Origin: Candidatus Poribacteria bacterium
GTDB lineage: Bacteria; Poribacteria; WGA-4E; PCPOR2b
Assembly: GCA_965208675.1 (NCBI GenBank)
Contig: OZ242351.1
Span: 928,001 to 992,000 of the forward strand
DNA: 64,000 nucleotides
Reading direction: 5' to 3'
The notes under the pieces: generated by a model
Databases searched by the model: none
Seen by the model: only the letters and a program-made list of their open reading frames with translations
What the model was told of the DNA's origin: nothing
Translations under genes and position numbers: made by a program
Shown: positions 19,436-28,954 of the stretch, in pieces
Layout of the letters: each line of letters starts with the position of its first letter
Position numbering within the stretch: the stretch's first letter is position 1

Positions 19436-21856
19436 ATGAGATTAACCGTCGTTTTCAGGTATTTGATGTTTTTAGTGGTCTGTAGAATCGCCGTTGCAGA
19501 TACTCCAACACCCGAACAGATTGCTAAAAGCGCGTTGGACGCTACTGTGCTCATTACTATGGTAGATGCCAGCGGCAAGGTAGCGCCGCGAGGCAGCGGA
19601 TTCTTTGTGCAACGAAATCTAATTGCAACCAATTTCCATCTGATTAACGAATTGACTAAAGGTGGAGCAAGAAACGTCGGTCAGGAAACGACTTACCCCG
19701 TAGAGAAAATTAGCGTTGCGGATGAAAAACACGATCTAGCAATTTTACAGGTGTCGGCACCCGGAATTGAACCGCTTCCGATTGGCGACAGTGAGTTAGT
19801 GGTGGTGGGAGATCGAATTTATGTAGTTGGCAATCCGCTAGGTGTCCTTGAAGGTACGTTCTCTGACGGGATTATCAGTGCGATTCAAGAGGTGGATGGC
19901 GTAAAGCTATTTCAAGTTTCTGCGCCAATTTTAGAGGGTAACAGCGGCGGCCCAGTGCTAAACGCCCAAGGCGAAGTTATAGGCGTTTCACAGGGAATCA
20001 TCCCAGCCGGAGAGAACCTCAATTTTGCAATTCATTCAATCTATCTTAAAGCGCTCGTCAATCAATTGGGACAAAAGACGCTTCAAAGCGGTATTGAACT
20101 ATATGAAGCCTCTCAATTTGAGGAGGCAATGAAATCTCTGGAGTCCGCACTGAACGTACTTTCCGACCCGCTAAAGCGCGCCATAGCCCATCTGTACCTT
20201 GGGTGTTCTAAACGAGGGTTTGGCGAATCCGATCGCAGCGTGAGTGCGGAGTTTCGAGAAGCGCTTCGCCACAATCCAAATCAAGCATTGCCACCGCGGA
20301 TAGGAGCAGATCACCCGGTTTTTAAACTGCTGCTTGAAAAAGTTCGCTCTGAGTCAACGGGGGAGTTGACAGTTACCTGTTCACTTCTCCAAACAGAAAT
20401 CTGGATTGACGGGAACGATATTGACAGGAAATTGATAGGCACCGGAACTTCTACCGTCCGACTATTTGTGGGCGGCTACATCGCGGAGGGGGTTTTGCAA
20501 GGAGTTTCCCAAAAGGAATCTTTCACTATAATTCCTGGTGGGCACAAGATAATCTATTTGGAACTGCCGCCAATTTTAAGACATAAACCCCCTGGTAGAG
20601 CGCTCGTCGGTGAGATTATCCCTCTTTCTTTGGATATAATCTGTCGCGATAAGCCAAATCATGTTCAGATTCACTTCATCCTCTACGACAGAAACGGGCA
20701 AGAAATAAACCGGGGAAATCAGGATATGCTTCTGCAGAACGAGCAACCCACGGAGTCCACATGGATTTACCGCTCGGATTTGCCACCGCAAAACACTGTT
20801 GGTAAAATGTCATATTTCATCGTGGCTGATGAAGCTAGGTCCCCGAACGAGCAACACCATGAAATCAATATTGTTGACGAAAATTTCCCACAAATCGTTG
20901 TGCTAGAACCACATGAATCCACCGAATTCACTGTCAACCAACCCATATCCGTTAGAGCAAGAGTAACTGATAATACCGCTGTAGATGAGGTTCGTCTTCA
21001 TTATGCTTTCTCGAATTCCGGCAGTTCAAAACCCTCGAGGGCAACTCCGTCTCAACCTTTGAAGAAGGATGCCTCAGACGACATATATTCCGGGCTAATC
21101 CCGCCCCAACAAAGCAGTCCCGGGTACATCTGGTATTATCTTACTGCGACCGATGAAGAAAAAAATGAGAGTAAGACAGATGAAAGAAGGATTGAAATTG
21201 TAAATGCAGGACGAAATGTTCCCTCTCCTAAGCCGAAAGATTCGAAGGAAACCGATACCACATATCCATTTCGCCAGGGGATCTGGGTGAGTCATGGATG
21301 GTCAGAGAACATACATGACAATGGCGAGTATGTTTCACAATGGGATAGAGGTGATATTCTCAGTTTCAGTTACCTGAGTGAAGGTAAAGGCCATCGCACG
21401 CTCGGGGTACAACTAGATTTTTCATATCACATTCCCGCCAATACTAGCGCGACAGTGCAGTGGTGGCCCGCGATAAAACAAAGTTCCGTCGGGTTTGCTT
21501 TATTGGGGGGAGTGGCGCGATACAGCGATGACGACTCTGCTCGCATTCAGTCAAGTTTGAATGGGTCAGCGACCGCAGATGGAGCAAATCACATTTCACC
21601 GTTTCTCGGCGCAAGTTTGAAATTCTTCCCGATGGACACCGTCACATTTGACGGTGCTATTTCGGCTAAACTTAGGCCGGCGGACTCATTTTCTGGCGAG
21701 GAATCAGATTCTTTCGCGAAATATCTACACCACTACGAATTTGGAACTCGGATTTATATTACTCCTGCGTTGAATCTGAAGCTCAGCTACGGAAAATGGT
21801 TTCTAGGAGAACGTGGTAGCACGACAGTGCAGGTTGGACTCGGTGTTACGTTCTGA
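19436..21856 (+). CDS. Secreted trypsin-like serine protease with TPR-like/PEGA-like/Ig-like region and C-terminal beta-barrel-like domain (paralog of 15010)
   Basis: TNFH/DLAIL/GNSGGP triad; shares AHLYLGCS..LPPRIG.DHPVF and the barrel region with 15010; ends VQVGLGVTF. Start 19436 chosen by alignment with the paralog signal peptide (ORF track: 19385). Confidence 0.8.
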   Translation: MRLTVVFRYLMFLVVCRIAVADTPTPEQIAKSALDATVLITMVDASGKVAPRGSGFFVQRNLIATNFHLINELTKGGARNVGQETTYPVEKISVADEKHDLAILQVSAPGIEPLPIGDSELVVVGDRIYVVGNPLGVLEGTFSDGIISAIQEVDGVKLFQVSAPILEGNSGGPVLNAQGEVIGVSQGIIPAGENLNFAIHSIYLKALVNQLGQKTLQSGIELYEASQFEEAMKSLESALNVLSDPLKRAIAHLYLGCSKRGFGESDRSVSAEFREALRHNPNQALPPRIGADHPVFKLLLEKVRSESTGELTVTCSLLQTEIWIDGNDIDRKLIGTGTSTVRLFVGGYIAEGVLQGVSQKESFTIIPGGHKIIYLELPPILRHKPPGRALVGEIIPLSLDIICRDKPNHVQIHFILYDRNGQEINRGNQDMLLQNEQPTESTWIYRSDLPPQNTVGKMSYFIVADEARSPNEQHHEINIVDENFPQIVVLEPHESTEFTVNQPISVRARVTDNTAVDEVRLHYAFSNSGSSKPSRATPSQPLKKDASDDIYSGLIPPQQSSPGYIWYYLTATDEEKNESKTDERRIEIVNAGRNVPSPKPKDSKETDTTYPFRQGIWVSHGWSENIHDNGEYVSQWDRGDILSFSYLSEGKGHRTLGVQLDFSYHIPANTSATVQWWPAIKQSSVGFALLGGVARYSDDDSARIQSSLNGSATADGANHISPFLGASLKFFPMDTVTFDGAISAKLRPADSFSGEESDSFAKYLHHYEFGTRIYITPALNLKLSYGKWFLGERGSTTVQVGLGVTF

Positions 21857-22420
21857 GCTTGATTTTTCGGGAAATGTCGAATTATTCTTAATAGGACTAC
21901 ATCAAACATTTCGCGACAACCTTGACACCCATTTAACCTTGTCGTTACTCTGTTTGAGATTTAAACGGAGACTCGAGCCATACTACTTGACCATTTCCTC
22001 TTCGGCAGTCGCCCTTATATCACGGCGTTTGACGGTTTTCCGCCACAGTAAATAATGGGTTCTCCTCTCGGGCCATTTGCCGAGTCACTTGCAATCGATC
22101 AAGGGGACTAAGCTAGGAATCTTGGCGGACTTAGTAATCGAATGAAATACATTTTGTGGCAGTAAGGTGAAAACACCGCCGGCCTGGAAGTTGACCATGC
22201 TGTTTTCAATCAATCCTAATACAATCCGAAACTACAGCAGACGATTAATTTACCTTGATTAAATGGCGCAAATTGAGATCGTGTAAACTGATTTCAAATG
22301 TTTATCACCCTGAAATTATCAAACTAGGCTTGAAATGGAAAATACTGTAGGAATGCTGCATGCTTTGAGGCCAAACTACGGGCAGTCAACTTTATTTTGT
22401 CAGTGAAGGATTTATCTACT

Positions 22421-23824
22421 ATGATTAATAGGATTCAATGGTTTGTAGCAAGTTTAAGTTTATTTTGGATTACTTGTAATTTAGCTTTCGCTGCAAGGGA
22501 AGTGTCTGAAGAAGCCAAAATCTTCCGTGCAACCAGAGATGCGGTTTTTACAATCTACGGAGACAGAGGGCAAGGGAGCGGTTTCTTGGTAGACAAAGCT
22601 GGGTTAATCCTAACGAATTCCCATGTGATTTCCTCTTCTAACCGCATTTCAGCGCAGCTTAGTCCCAAAACTCGCGTCCCCGCTACTCTTCTAGTAGAAG
22701 ACAAACAGAAGGATATTGCTGTTCTGCGGATTGCCCCGGAAGTCGTAACTGACCTGCCAATCCTTAAAATTGCCGACAGACCGGCTGCCGAACTTGCATT
22801 CGAGGGCGAGAGAGTTATCGCCATAGGCAGTCCTCTAAACCAGATCCGTATTCTCACATCTGGCATCGTGAGTAAAGTTGAGGAACGCGCCATTATTTCA
22901 GATGTGAACATTAACTACGGAAATTCCGGCGGACCTTTAATTAACATGGATTCCGAAGCTATAGCTATCAACACCTTCGGGGACTTTCCATCAAGAGGCG
23001 GGCCCGGAGTTTCAGGCAGCGTTTCAATTTCTCTCGCTTTGCCTCTACTTGACCGAGCCCGCGGCAAAATCCATGAAAAACCGCCACCTTCCACCCTTTT
23101 ACCGGTTATTCCTGAAAACCCTTTTCCGATAGAAGGATTGAAATGGGCATCCGAACGGTGTGGCAAAGCCTCCAACTATACGCTAAAAGCACCGGGTTTC
23201 AATATAGAGATTCTAACTCCGACGCGCCGTTATTTTCTTACAAAGATCTCAGAGGGGCCTCTTACTGAGAAACGTCGGCGTAGGGAAGTTACTGCAGGTG
23301 TTGATCCCTCAGAAATGTACGATCCTTTAGGAGACCTTCTAAGGGAATGGGCCGAGTATGCGGGAATGTACAGCCCACTTGTGGAAATTCATGTACAGCC
23401 AGACGTTGGCGAAACTACCGGTAGCTTGCTACTAAATATACTTGGAGCAGCCGCCGCGGGGTACTCCGGCAACTATTACCTCGGTTCGTCGACTTACGAA
23501 TTTAAATCAGATTTGCAGGACCTTGAGCTATTGGATGGCAGTGAGGTTGTCCCGGCGGTGCTCAGGGGTATGCGGATGATGCCTGTTTCTATCTCTGAAA
23601 GATTCAGAAAGATGGAAGATATTGCGCAAAGAGGCGTGTTCATGTTTTTGCCGGAGGTGTTTAAATCTAGGAATCTTCAATTAAAGATTCTCGATCTAAA
23701 AAAACCGGGGCAGGTCATTAATGTTCCTATTCCACACGCTTGTCGCGAGCAAATCTTGGCAGATTTTGAACCGTATATAGACATGCAAAAGGCTACGGAA
23801 GCAAGACTCCGACTCATGAGATAG
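22421..23824 (+). CDS. Secreted trypsin-like serine protease with uncharacterised C-terminal domain
   Basis: Signal peptide ending AFA; GSGF, LTNSHV, DIAVL, GNSGGP; no PDZ recognised. Confidence 0.85.
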   Translation: MINRIQWFVASLSLFWITCNLAFAAREVSEEAKIFRATRDAVFTIYGDRGQGSGFLVDKAGLILTNSHVISSSNRISAQLSPKTRVPATLLVEDKQKDIAVLRIAPEVVTDLPILKIADRPAAELAFEGERVIAIGSPLNQIRILTSGIVSKVEERAIISDVNINYGNSGGPLINMDSEAIAINTFGDFPSRGGPGVSGSVSISLALPLLDRARGKIHEKPPPSTLLPVIPENPFPIEGLKWASERCGKASNYTLKAPGFNIEILTPTRRYFLTKISEGPLTEKRRRREVTAGVDPSEMYDPLGDLLREWAEYAGMYSPLVEIHVQPDVGETTGSLLLNILGAAAAGYSGNYYLGSSTYEFKSDLQDLELLDGSEVVPAVLRGMRMMPVSISERFRKMEDIAQRGVFMFLPEVFKSRNLQLKILDLKKPGQVINVPIPHACREQILADFEPYIDMQKATEARLRLMR

Positions 23825-23851
23825 CATTAAGATCGCAAGAGTGGATTTCAA

Positions 23852-24205
23852 ATGAACTACTATTCGAGATCCTTGCAGGAATATCAACAATGGGTTTTTG
23901 TATTAATCGCTGTGTGGCTCGCTGTATTCTTTCTAGGTTGTACAGTGCCTTATACCTATACATATGCAGGCCACTCTACATTTACAGAAGAAAATACGAA
24001 CCGGCTATATACCGGAATGAGATCAGACGAAGTTAGGGAACTTTTCGGCACTCCTGACAAGACGTATGACGCTTCCTTTGGTAAAAAGGTCGGGGAGCCA
24101 TGGACCGGTCGAGTTTGGCTGTATTTTACGAAGAGGGATCTCAATTCCAAACATGTAAAACGGTACAAAAAGAATCTGTTTGTGTTTTATCCACCCGGCG
24201 ATTAA
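23852..24205 (+). CDS. SmpA/OmlA (BamE)-like lipoprotein
   Basis: Hydrophobic leader with FLGC lipobox; GMRSDEVRELFGTPD...VWLY matches the GMxxxxVxxxLGxP...WxY pattern. Confidence 0.6.
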   Translation: MNYYSRSLQEYQQWVFVLIAVWLAVFFLGCTVPYTYTYAGHSTFTEENTNRLYTGMRSDEVRELFGTPDKTYDASFGKKVGEPWTGRVWLYFTKRDLNSKHVKRYKKNLFVFYPPGD

Positions 24206-24300
24206 ATGAAGCTCAATCATTGGATCATTGAAAAATAGCGCAAAAATTTCTACGGTCAATCCTACTTTCGCAGGCATTATGGATGTTTCAATTCAAGCGC

Positions 24301-24652
24301 CTCAGCCGCACCGGACAAACCCACACCCGAGAATCTACCGCCGCATACAACACAGAATCTGAAAATCATGTAAACTTCGTTGAACTTTTTAAACTTTTGT
24401 AAACTTTTCGCGAGTTATGTCTCATCAAATCAACCGCAATAGAACTTGAAATTCTCAAAATACCGCTCCTTTTTGCTAGCATTTACGGCGATCTGCAAAC
24501 AGGCAGCGGCTCACCTGCGCCGGACATACCCGCACCTGAGAATCTACCGCCGCATGCAGCATAGAAACTGGAAATCATGTAAACTTTGTTAAATTTTGTA
24601 AACTTTTGTAAACTTTTCACGAGTAAGTCTCATCAATTCTGCAACATAGAAC
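24301..24652. repeat. Two ~145-bp direct repeats (period 209 bp), each with four tandem ~10-bp TAAACTTTTG-like units
   Basis: Copies at 24301-24445 and 24510-24652 share GAGAATCTACCGCCGCAT...AAATCATGTAAACTT...GTCTCATCAA...ATAGAAC. Confidence 0.85.
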
Positions 24653-24835
24653 ATGGCACACGCCTAATCATCTTGGCATATAATCTTTCGCCGGATAGGA
24701 GATTTTTTTTTGTTAGAAACATTCATACCACCCGGTGCATCTATCCGTAAAACCTGCAGCACACAGTCCACTTAACCAAAGTTTCGCTTATACCCCAGAA
24801 CATGATCCAATTCTCATTTAAAGAGGGAGTGCGAT

Positions 24836-25321
24836 ATGACTAAATTTGTTAGAATGCTTTCAGCGTTCGCGGCTATAGCCGTTGTCATGCTTATTTTCAT
24901 CGTCACTCTTATACACAGCGACTCCTTTGTGCGTCCAACTTCATCTACGCCCGAGAGTGTTGAAGTTGATGCGGCAGAACAATCGCCAAACAATCTAGGA
25001 TTGTCTTCAAACGTGGACTTTCTGTTTGAGAGACCTAGATGGTTGCCGGGTGGGGTGATTCAAATTATACCAACTGTAGGTGTGGATTTTGGGTTTATTC
25101 GACCAATCGCATCTGGGTATGCGGTCGGAAGGTCATTCATGGTCGGTACGAGTACCACCCTTTCCGATGAAGAGTTAGGTTATAGCACAAAACATCGCGT
25201 TTCTTTTGAAACGGGAATGCGCGTGTACTTATCCCCTACGCAGTATGTGTTGATCACTTGCGGCAGACGGTACGAAAAGAATAGCGTCACGACAAACTTT
25301 AAGACTGCGTTGCGGCTTTAA
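24836..25321 (+). CDS. Exported/membrane protein resembling the C-terminal barrel strands of the two protease fusions
   Basis: GAGGGAG RBS; N-terminal hydrophobic segment; IIPTVGVDF...SFETGMRVYLSPTQYVLITCGRR aligns with HYEVGVRLYIAPALNLRVGYGQW. Confidence 0.55.
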   Translation: MTKFVRMLSAFAAIAVVMLIFIVTLIHSDSFVRPTSSTPESVEVDAAEQSPNNLGLSSNVDFLFERPRWLPGGVIQIIPTVGVDFGFIRPIASGYAVGRSFMVGTSTTLSDEELGYSTKHRVSFETGMRVYLSPTQYVLITCGRRYEKNSVTTNFKTALRL

Positions 25322-25370
25322 TGTTGGCGCGCTCCCAATTAGATGACAACGGTGCAATGACGATGCGTTA

Positions 25371-26582
25371 TTGGAAAGCATTCAGATAATTGTGCGAGGT
25401 TCCAGAGCAAATATAACCAAGTTCTATATCAGCTCAGCGCTCGGCGGCTTTACGTTATTTCACGGCGTGTTGGGCTTTTACATGCGGCAGATTGGGTTTT
25501 CGTACACTCAAATCTTATTTTTAGCCGCTCTGTACGAAATATTGGTATTTCTCTTGGAAATACCGACTGGCGTATTTGCTGACCGGTTCGGGCTTAAAAA
25601 GTGCGCAGTTCTAGGGCACTTCATCTCTGCCGCAAGTTGTTTTCCGATTGCACTGTTCTCGACATCTTACAGCGTATTCCTTCTTTGCCGTGTATTGTCC
25701 GCGATTTGCACGACTCTGAATTCCGGATCGGTAGAGGCGCTGCAATTCGAGTCTCTGCGAGACATTTCGCGCGAAGCAGAATACGCAAAGTTGCGAGGCA
25801 GATTAGCGGCAATCGGCGGGTTGTCAATGCCGGTTGGGGCTTTTATTGGCGGTATTCTCTGCGAAAATATTGGATTTGGAAAAGTAGCCGCGCTCGGAGG
25901 GTTAATAGGGCTGTTTACTACAGCAGTATTTGTTAGTATGAGCGAACCAGAGGGAGTTCAACTAGCACGCGAAAAATCCACATCTCAAAACATCTTGAAA
26001 GGGATAAGCGAAAACTTTCGGTTCATTAAAAGGGATAGGGAATTGACCGGTATTATCATCGCCGGATCGATAGTTTATGCAGCGTATCTTCTAATAAATG
26101 AATATTCGCAGCCGTCGCTGGAAGAGGTAGGAATACAGTCGTATCGAATTGTTGGCCTGGTTAGTGGAACCTTCATGGTGGTTTTCGCTGTTGTCTCATG
26201 GTGGGCGGGATATTTGACGCAACGCATCGGGGCGAAAGGCATTTTTGTCTGGTTGTCTGGCGTGCCAATTTTGAGTTTAATTGGCTTGGGAAGACTTAAC
26301 GGCATCACACTTTTAGCACCGCTCTATCTCTCCAGATTGGGCGAAGGCGTTGCGGAGCCTGTCATTTCAAACCGGTTGCTTCAGAAAAGCCCAGCGGGAA
26401 GAAGCGCAACACTCCTTTCCACGCATAGCCTTCTTACATCGCTGGTGTTTTCCATATGGAGCATGGCGAGCGGGTTTGGTCTGGACAACGTTGGTCGTTT
26501 TTTCACATTTTCTGCAGGTGCCGCCTTCGCGCTTATAATATTGCTGTGGAGCGGGCGGTGGGTGGTAAAAACTAACGACTAG
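25371..26582 (+). CDS. MFS transporter
   Basis: About 12 hydrophobic segments; LEIPTGVFADRFGLK motif A; SGSVEALQFESL. Confidence 0.9.
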   Translation: MESIQIIVRGSRANITKFYISSALGGFTLFHGVLGFYMRQIGFSYTQILFLAALYEILVFLLEIPTGVFADRFGLKKCAVLGHFISAASCFPIALFSTSYSVFLLCRVLSAICTTLNSGSVEALQFESLRDISREAEYAKLRGRLAAIGGLSMPVGAFIGGILCENIGFGKVAALGGLIGLFTTAVFVSMSEPEGVQLAREKSTSQNILKGISENFRFIKRDRELTGIIIAGSIVYAAYLLINEYSQPSLEEVGIQSYRIVGLVSGTFMVVFAVVSWWAGYLTQRIGAKGIFVWLSGVPILSLIGLGRLNGITLLAPLYLSRLGEGVAEPVISNRLLQKSPAGRSATLLSTHSLLTSLVFSIWSMASGFGLDNVGRFFTFSAGAAFALIILLWSGRWVVKTND

Positions 26583-26756
26583 AACCCACTAAACCAAGTG
26601 TTGTCACGGGTTTTTTATTCCACGATGCCATTCCCATTTCAAGATTTACTCGTTGCAAAATAGCGGCGAAGATGTTATAGTAAAAATTGCCCTCCAACCT
26701 TTCCAACTGAAACGCACCACCACGAACATGCGTGAGATACCGAACGGAGACGTTTG

Positions 26757-28619
26757 ATGAAATATCAGACCAAATTTCTCCCACTGTTGGTTGTCCTGCT
26801 GCTCTCGACCGTTAGCCACGCATCAACGCTGCGCGCACCCCCACTTGTACAAAAAGCGCTTACGTCAACTGTCGTCTTGGAGATTCGGAAAGAGGACGGG
26901 ACCAAATTAGGGCATGGTAGCGGTTTTTTCGTGGGACGCAACCTCATCGCCACTAACTTCCACGTCATTGACCGTGCAACTCAATGCAGTGCGAGGATTG
27001 TTAACACACGGACGGAATTTGAAATTGAAGGCGTAACCGCAATTGATGTTACAAACGATCTTGCGCTGCTTAAAGTTACGGCGTACGGCGTAACACCGCT
27101 CCCGCTTGGCGATAGCGACAGGGTTGATGTTGGCGAATCCGTTTATGTAGCCGGTAACCCGCAAGGCTTAGAAGGCAAATTCTCACACGGCGTCATCAGC
27201 GCTCGGTTCAAATTAGACGAGATAAATCGCTTTTATATGACTGCCGCGCTTTCGGGCGGCAATAGTGGGAGCCCCGTGCTCAACTCCAAAGGCGAAGTAA
27301 TCGGCATCGCTGTCGGACTCTCCTCTCCGGGCATTTCCATTTTCAATTTGCAAAACCGAAATGTTGCGATTCCATCAAACGTGCTTCAAAGTTTGCTCTC
27401 TCGGTCGGAGTGCGCAAAACCCCTGTCACATTTCAGGGAAGCTGCATCCGCTGAAATTTACGTCCAGCGAGGCAAAGACAAATTTGTTGACCGGAAGTAT
27501 AACGATGCAATTTCCGATTTCACTCACGCCATCCACCTCAATCCAAATTATGCCTTAGCATATAGCTATCGAGGACATGCCAAGCACGCGTTAGGGCTAC
27601 ACACCGCCGCAATTGATGACTACGACGTAGCAATTCGCATCAAGCCAAAGTACGCTTTGACCCTTTTCGGTCGAGCAGCTAGCAAGCACATATTAGGATT
27701 ACACACCGCCGCAATTGTCGATTTCGACCAAGCAATTCGCATAAAGCCAAATTACGCCATAGCCTATAGCAATCGAGGAAATGCAAAGCGTAAGTTAGGG
27801 TTGCACGCCGACGCAATTGTCGATTTCGACCAAGCCATACAACTCAATCCAGATTACGCCACAGCCTATTACAATCGAGGAAATGCAAAGTACAATTTAG
27901 GGTTGCACGCCGACGCAATTGTCGATTACGACCAAGCCATACAACTCAATCCAAAATACGCCGCAGGCTACAACAATCGAGGAAATGCAAAGCACAATTT
28001 AGGGTTGCACGCCGACGCAATTGTCGATTACGACCAAGCCATACAACTCAATCCAGATTACGACAAAGCCTATTACAATCGAGGAAATGCAAAGCACAAT
28101 TTAGGGTTGCACGCCGACGCAATTGTCGATTACGACCAAGCAATTCGCATCAAGCCAGATTACGACAAAGCCTATAATAATCGAGGATTGGCAAAGTACA
28201 AGTTAGAGCTACACACCGAAGCGATTGATGATTACGACCAAGCAATTCGCATCAAGCCAGATTACGACAAAGCCTATAATAATCGAGGATTGGCAAAGTA
28301 CAAGTTAGAGCTACACACCGAAGCGATTGATGATTACGACGAAGCCATCCGCATCAATCCAGATTACGACAAAGCCTACAAAATGCGCGGAGATGTCAAG
28401 AAAACGCTAGGATTGCACTCGGCGGCGATTGACGACTATGACACCGCCATCCGTCTTGACCCCGATGATGCCGAAGCCTATTACGATCGGGGCAAAGCCA
28501 AGCGCGAAATTTCACGATTTTTGGAGGCGGAGCAAGACTTCAGAACGGCTTTGAATCTCGCTAAACAAGCGGAAGATCAGAACCTTCAAAACAAAATTGA
28601 AGAGTATCTTAAGCAGTAG
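26757..28619 (+). CDS. Secreted trypsin-like serine protease with ~11 C-terminal TPR repeats
   Basis: Signal peptide; TNFHVI/DLALL/GNSGSP; 34-aa repeats AY.NRG.AK..LGLH..AI.DYDQAI...P.Y. Confidence 0.92.
   Translation: MKYQTKFLPLLVVLLLSTVSHASTLRAPPLVQKALTSTVVLEIRKEDGTKLGHGSGFFVGRNLIATNFHVIDRATQCSARIVNTRTEFEIEGVTAIDVTNDLALLKVTAYGVTPLPLGDSDRVDVGESVYVAGNPQGLEGKFSHGVISARFKLDEINRFYMTAALSGGNSGSPVLNSKGEVIGIAVGLSSPGISIFNLQNRNVAIPSNVLQSLLSRSECAKPLSHFREAASAEIYVQRGKDKFVDRKYNDAISDFTHAIHLNPNYALAYSYRGHAKHALGLHTAAIDDYDVAIRIKPKYALTLFGRAASKHILGLHTAAIVDFDQAIRIKPNYAIAYSNRGNAKRKLGLHADAIVDFDQAIQLNPDYATAYYNRGNAKYNLGLHADAIVDYDQAIQLNPKYAAGYNNRGNAKHNLGLHADAIVDYDQAIQLNPDYDKAYYNRGNAKHNLGLHADAIVDYDQAIRIKPDYDKAYNNRGLAKYKLELHTEAIDDYDQAIRIKPDYDKAYNNRGLAKYKLELHTEAIDDYDEAIRINPDYDKAYKMRGDVKKTLGLHSAAIDDYDTAIRLDPDDAEAYYDRGKAKREISRFLEAEQDFRTALNLAKQAEDQNLQNKIEEYLKQ
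27540..28500 (+). repeat. 102-bp tandem repeats encoding TPR units
   Basis: Near-identical 102-nt units, with an essentially exact tandem duplication around 28136-28339. Confidence 0.85.
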
Positions 28620-28954
28620 ATTGGCTTTTAACTATCTCGGTTTTCTGATTTAGTTGTCGGGATTATCTAGTTACGGTGAAATATCAACTGGACCTAGACG
28701 ATTGGCGTAAGTACACAGGTTCAATCGTCTCTGCGGTCGGGTCAAACCGGGAAATTACGTTTGTGATAACTTCTAGGGCTGCACACATCGGCGTTATTGA
28801 GAGATTTTTATCACGGAATGAACCAACCTTCAATTTCAGTCCCGGCAAAGGCTGGAAACCGTTGTTTTCAATTCTTCTCACAATTCAATTGATCGGTCTG
28901 ATTGATGTGCTTTTCGCGGCGGAGGTAAACGGTAAGCGTGACGAGGAATCAACG

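Noticed and set aside
21860-22400. Possible gene remnant in the long intergenic gap (also 18620-18940, 35270-35740, 56580-56910)
   Set aside because: Only short frames without recognisable motifs; cannot support a call.
27540-28500. Regular repeats as a CRISPR array or DGR template/variable region
   Set aside because: Units are 102 nt, in frame and encode TPRs; there are no unique spacers, no cas genes and no reverse transcriptase, and differences are not adenine-restricted.
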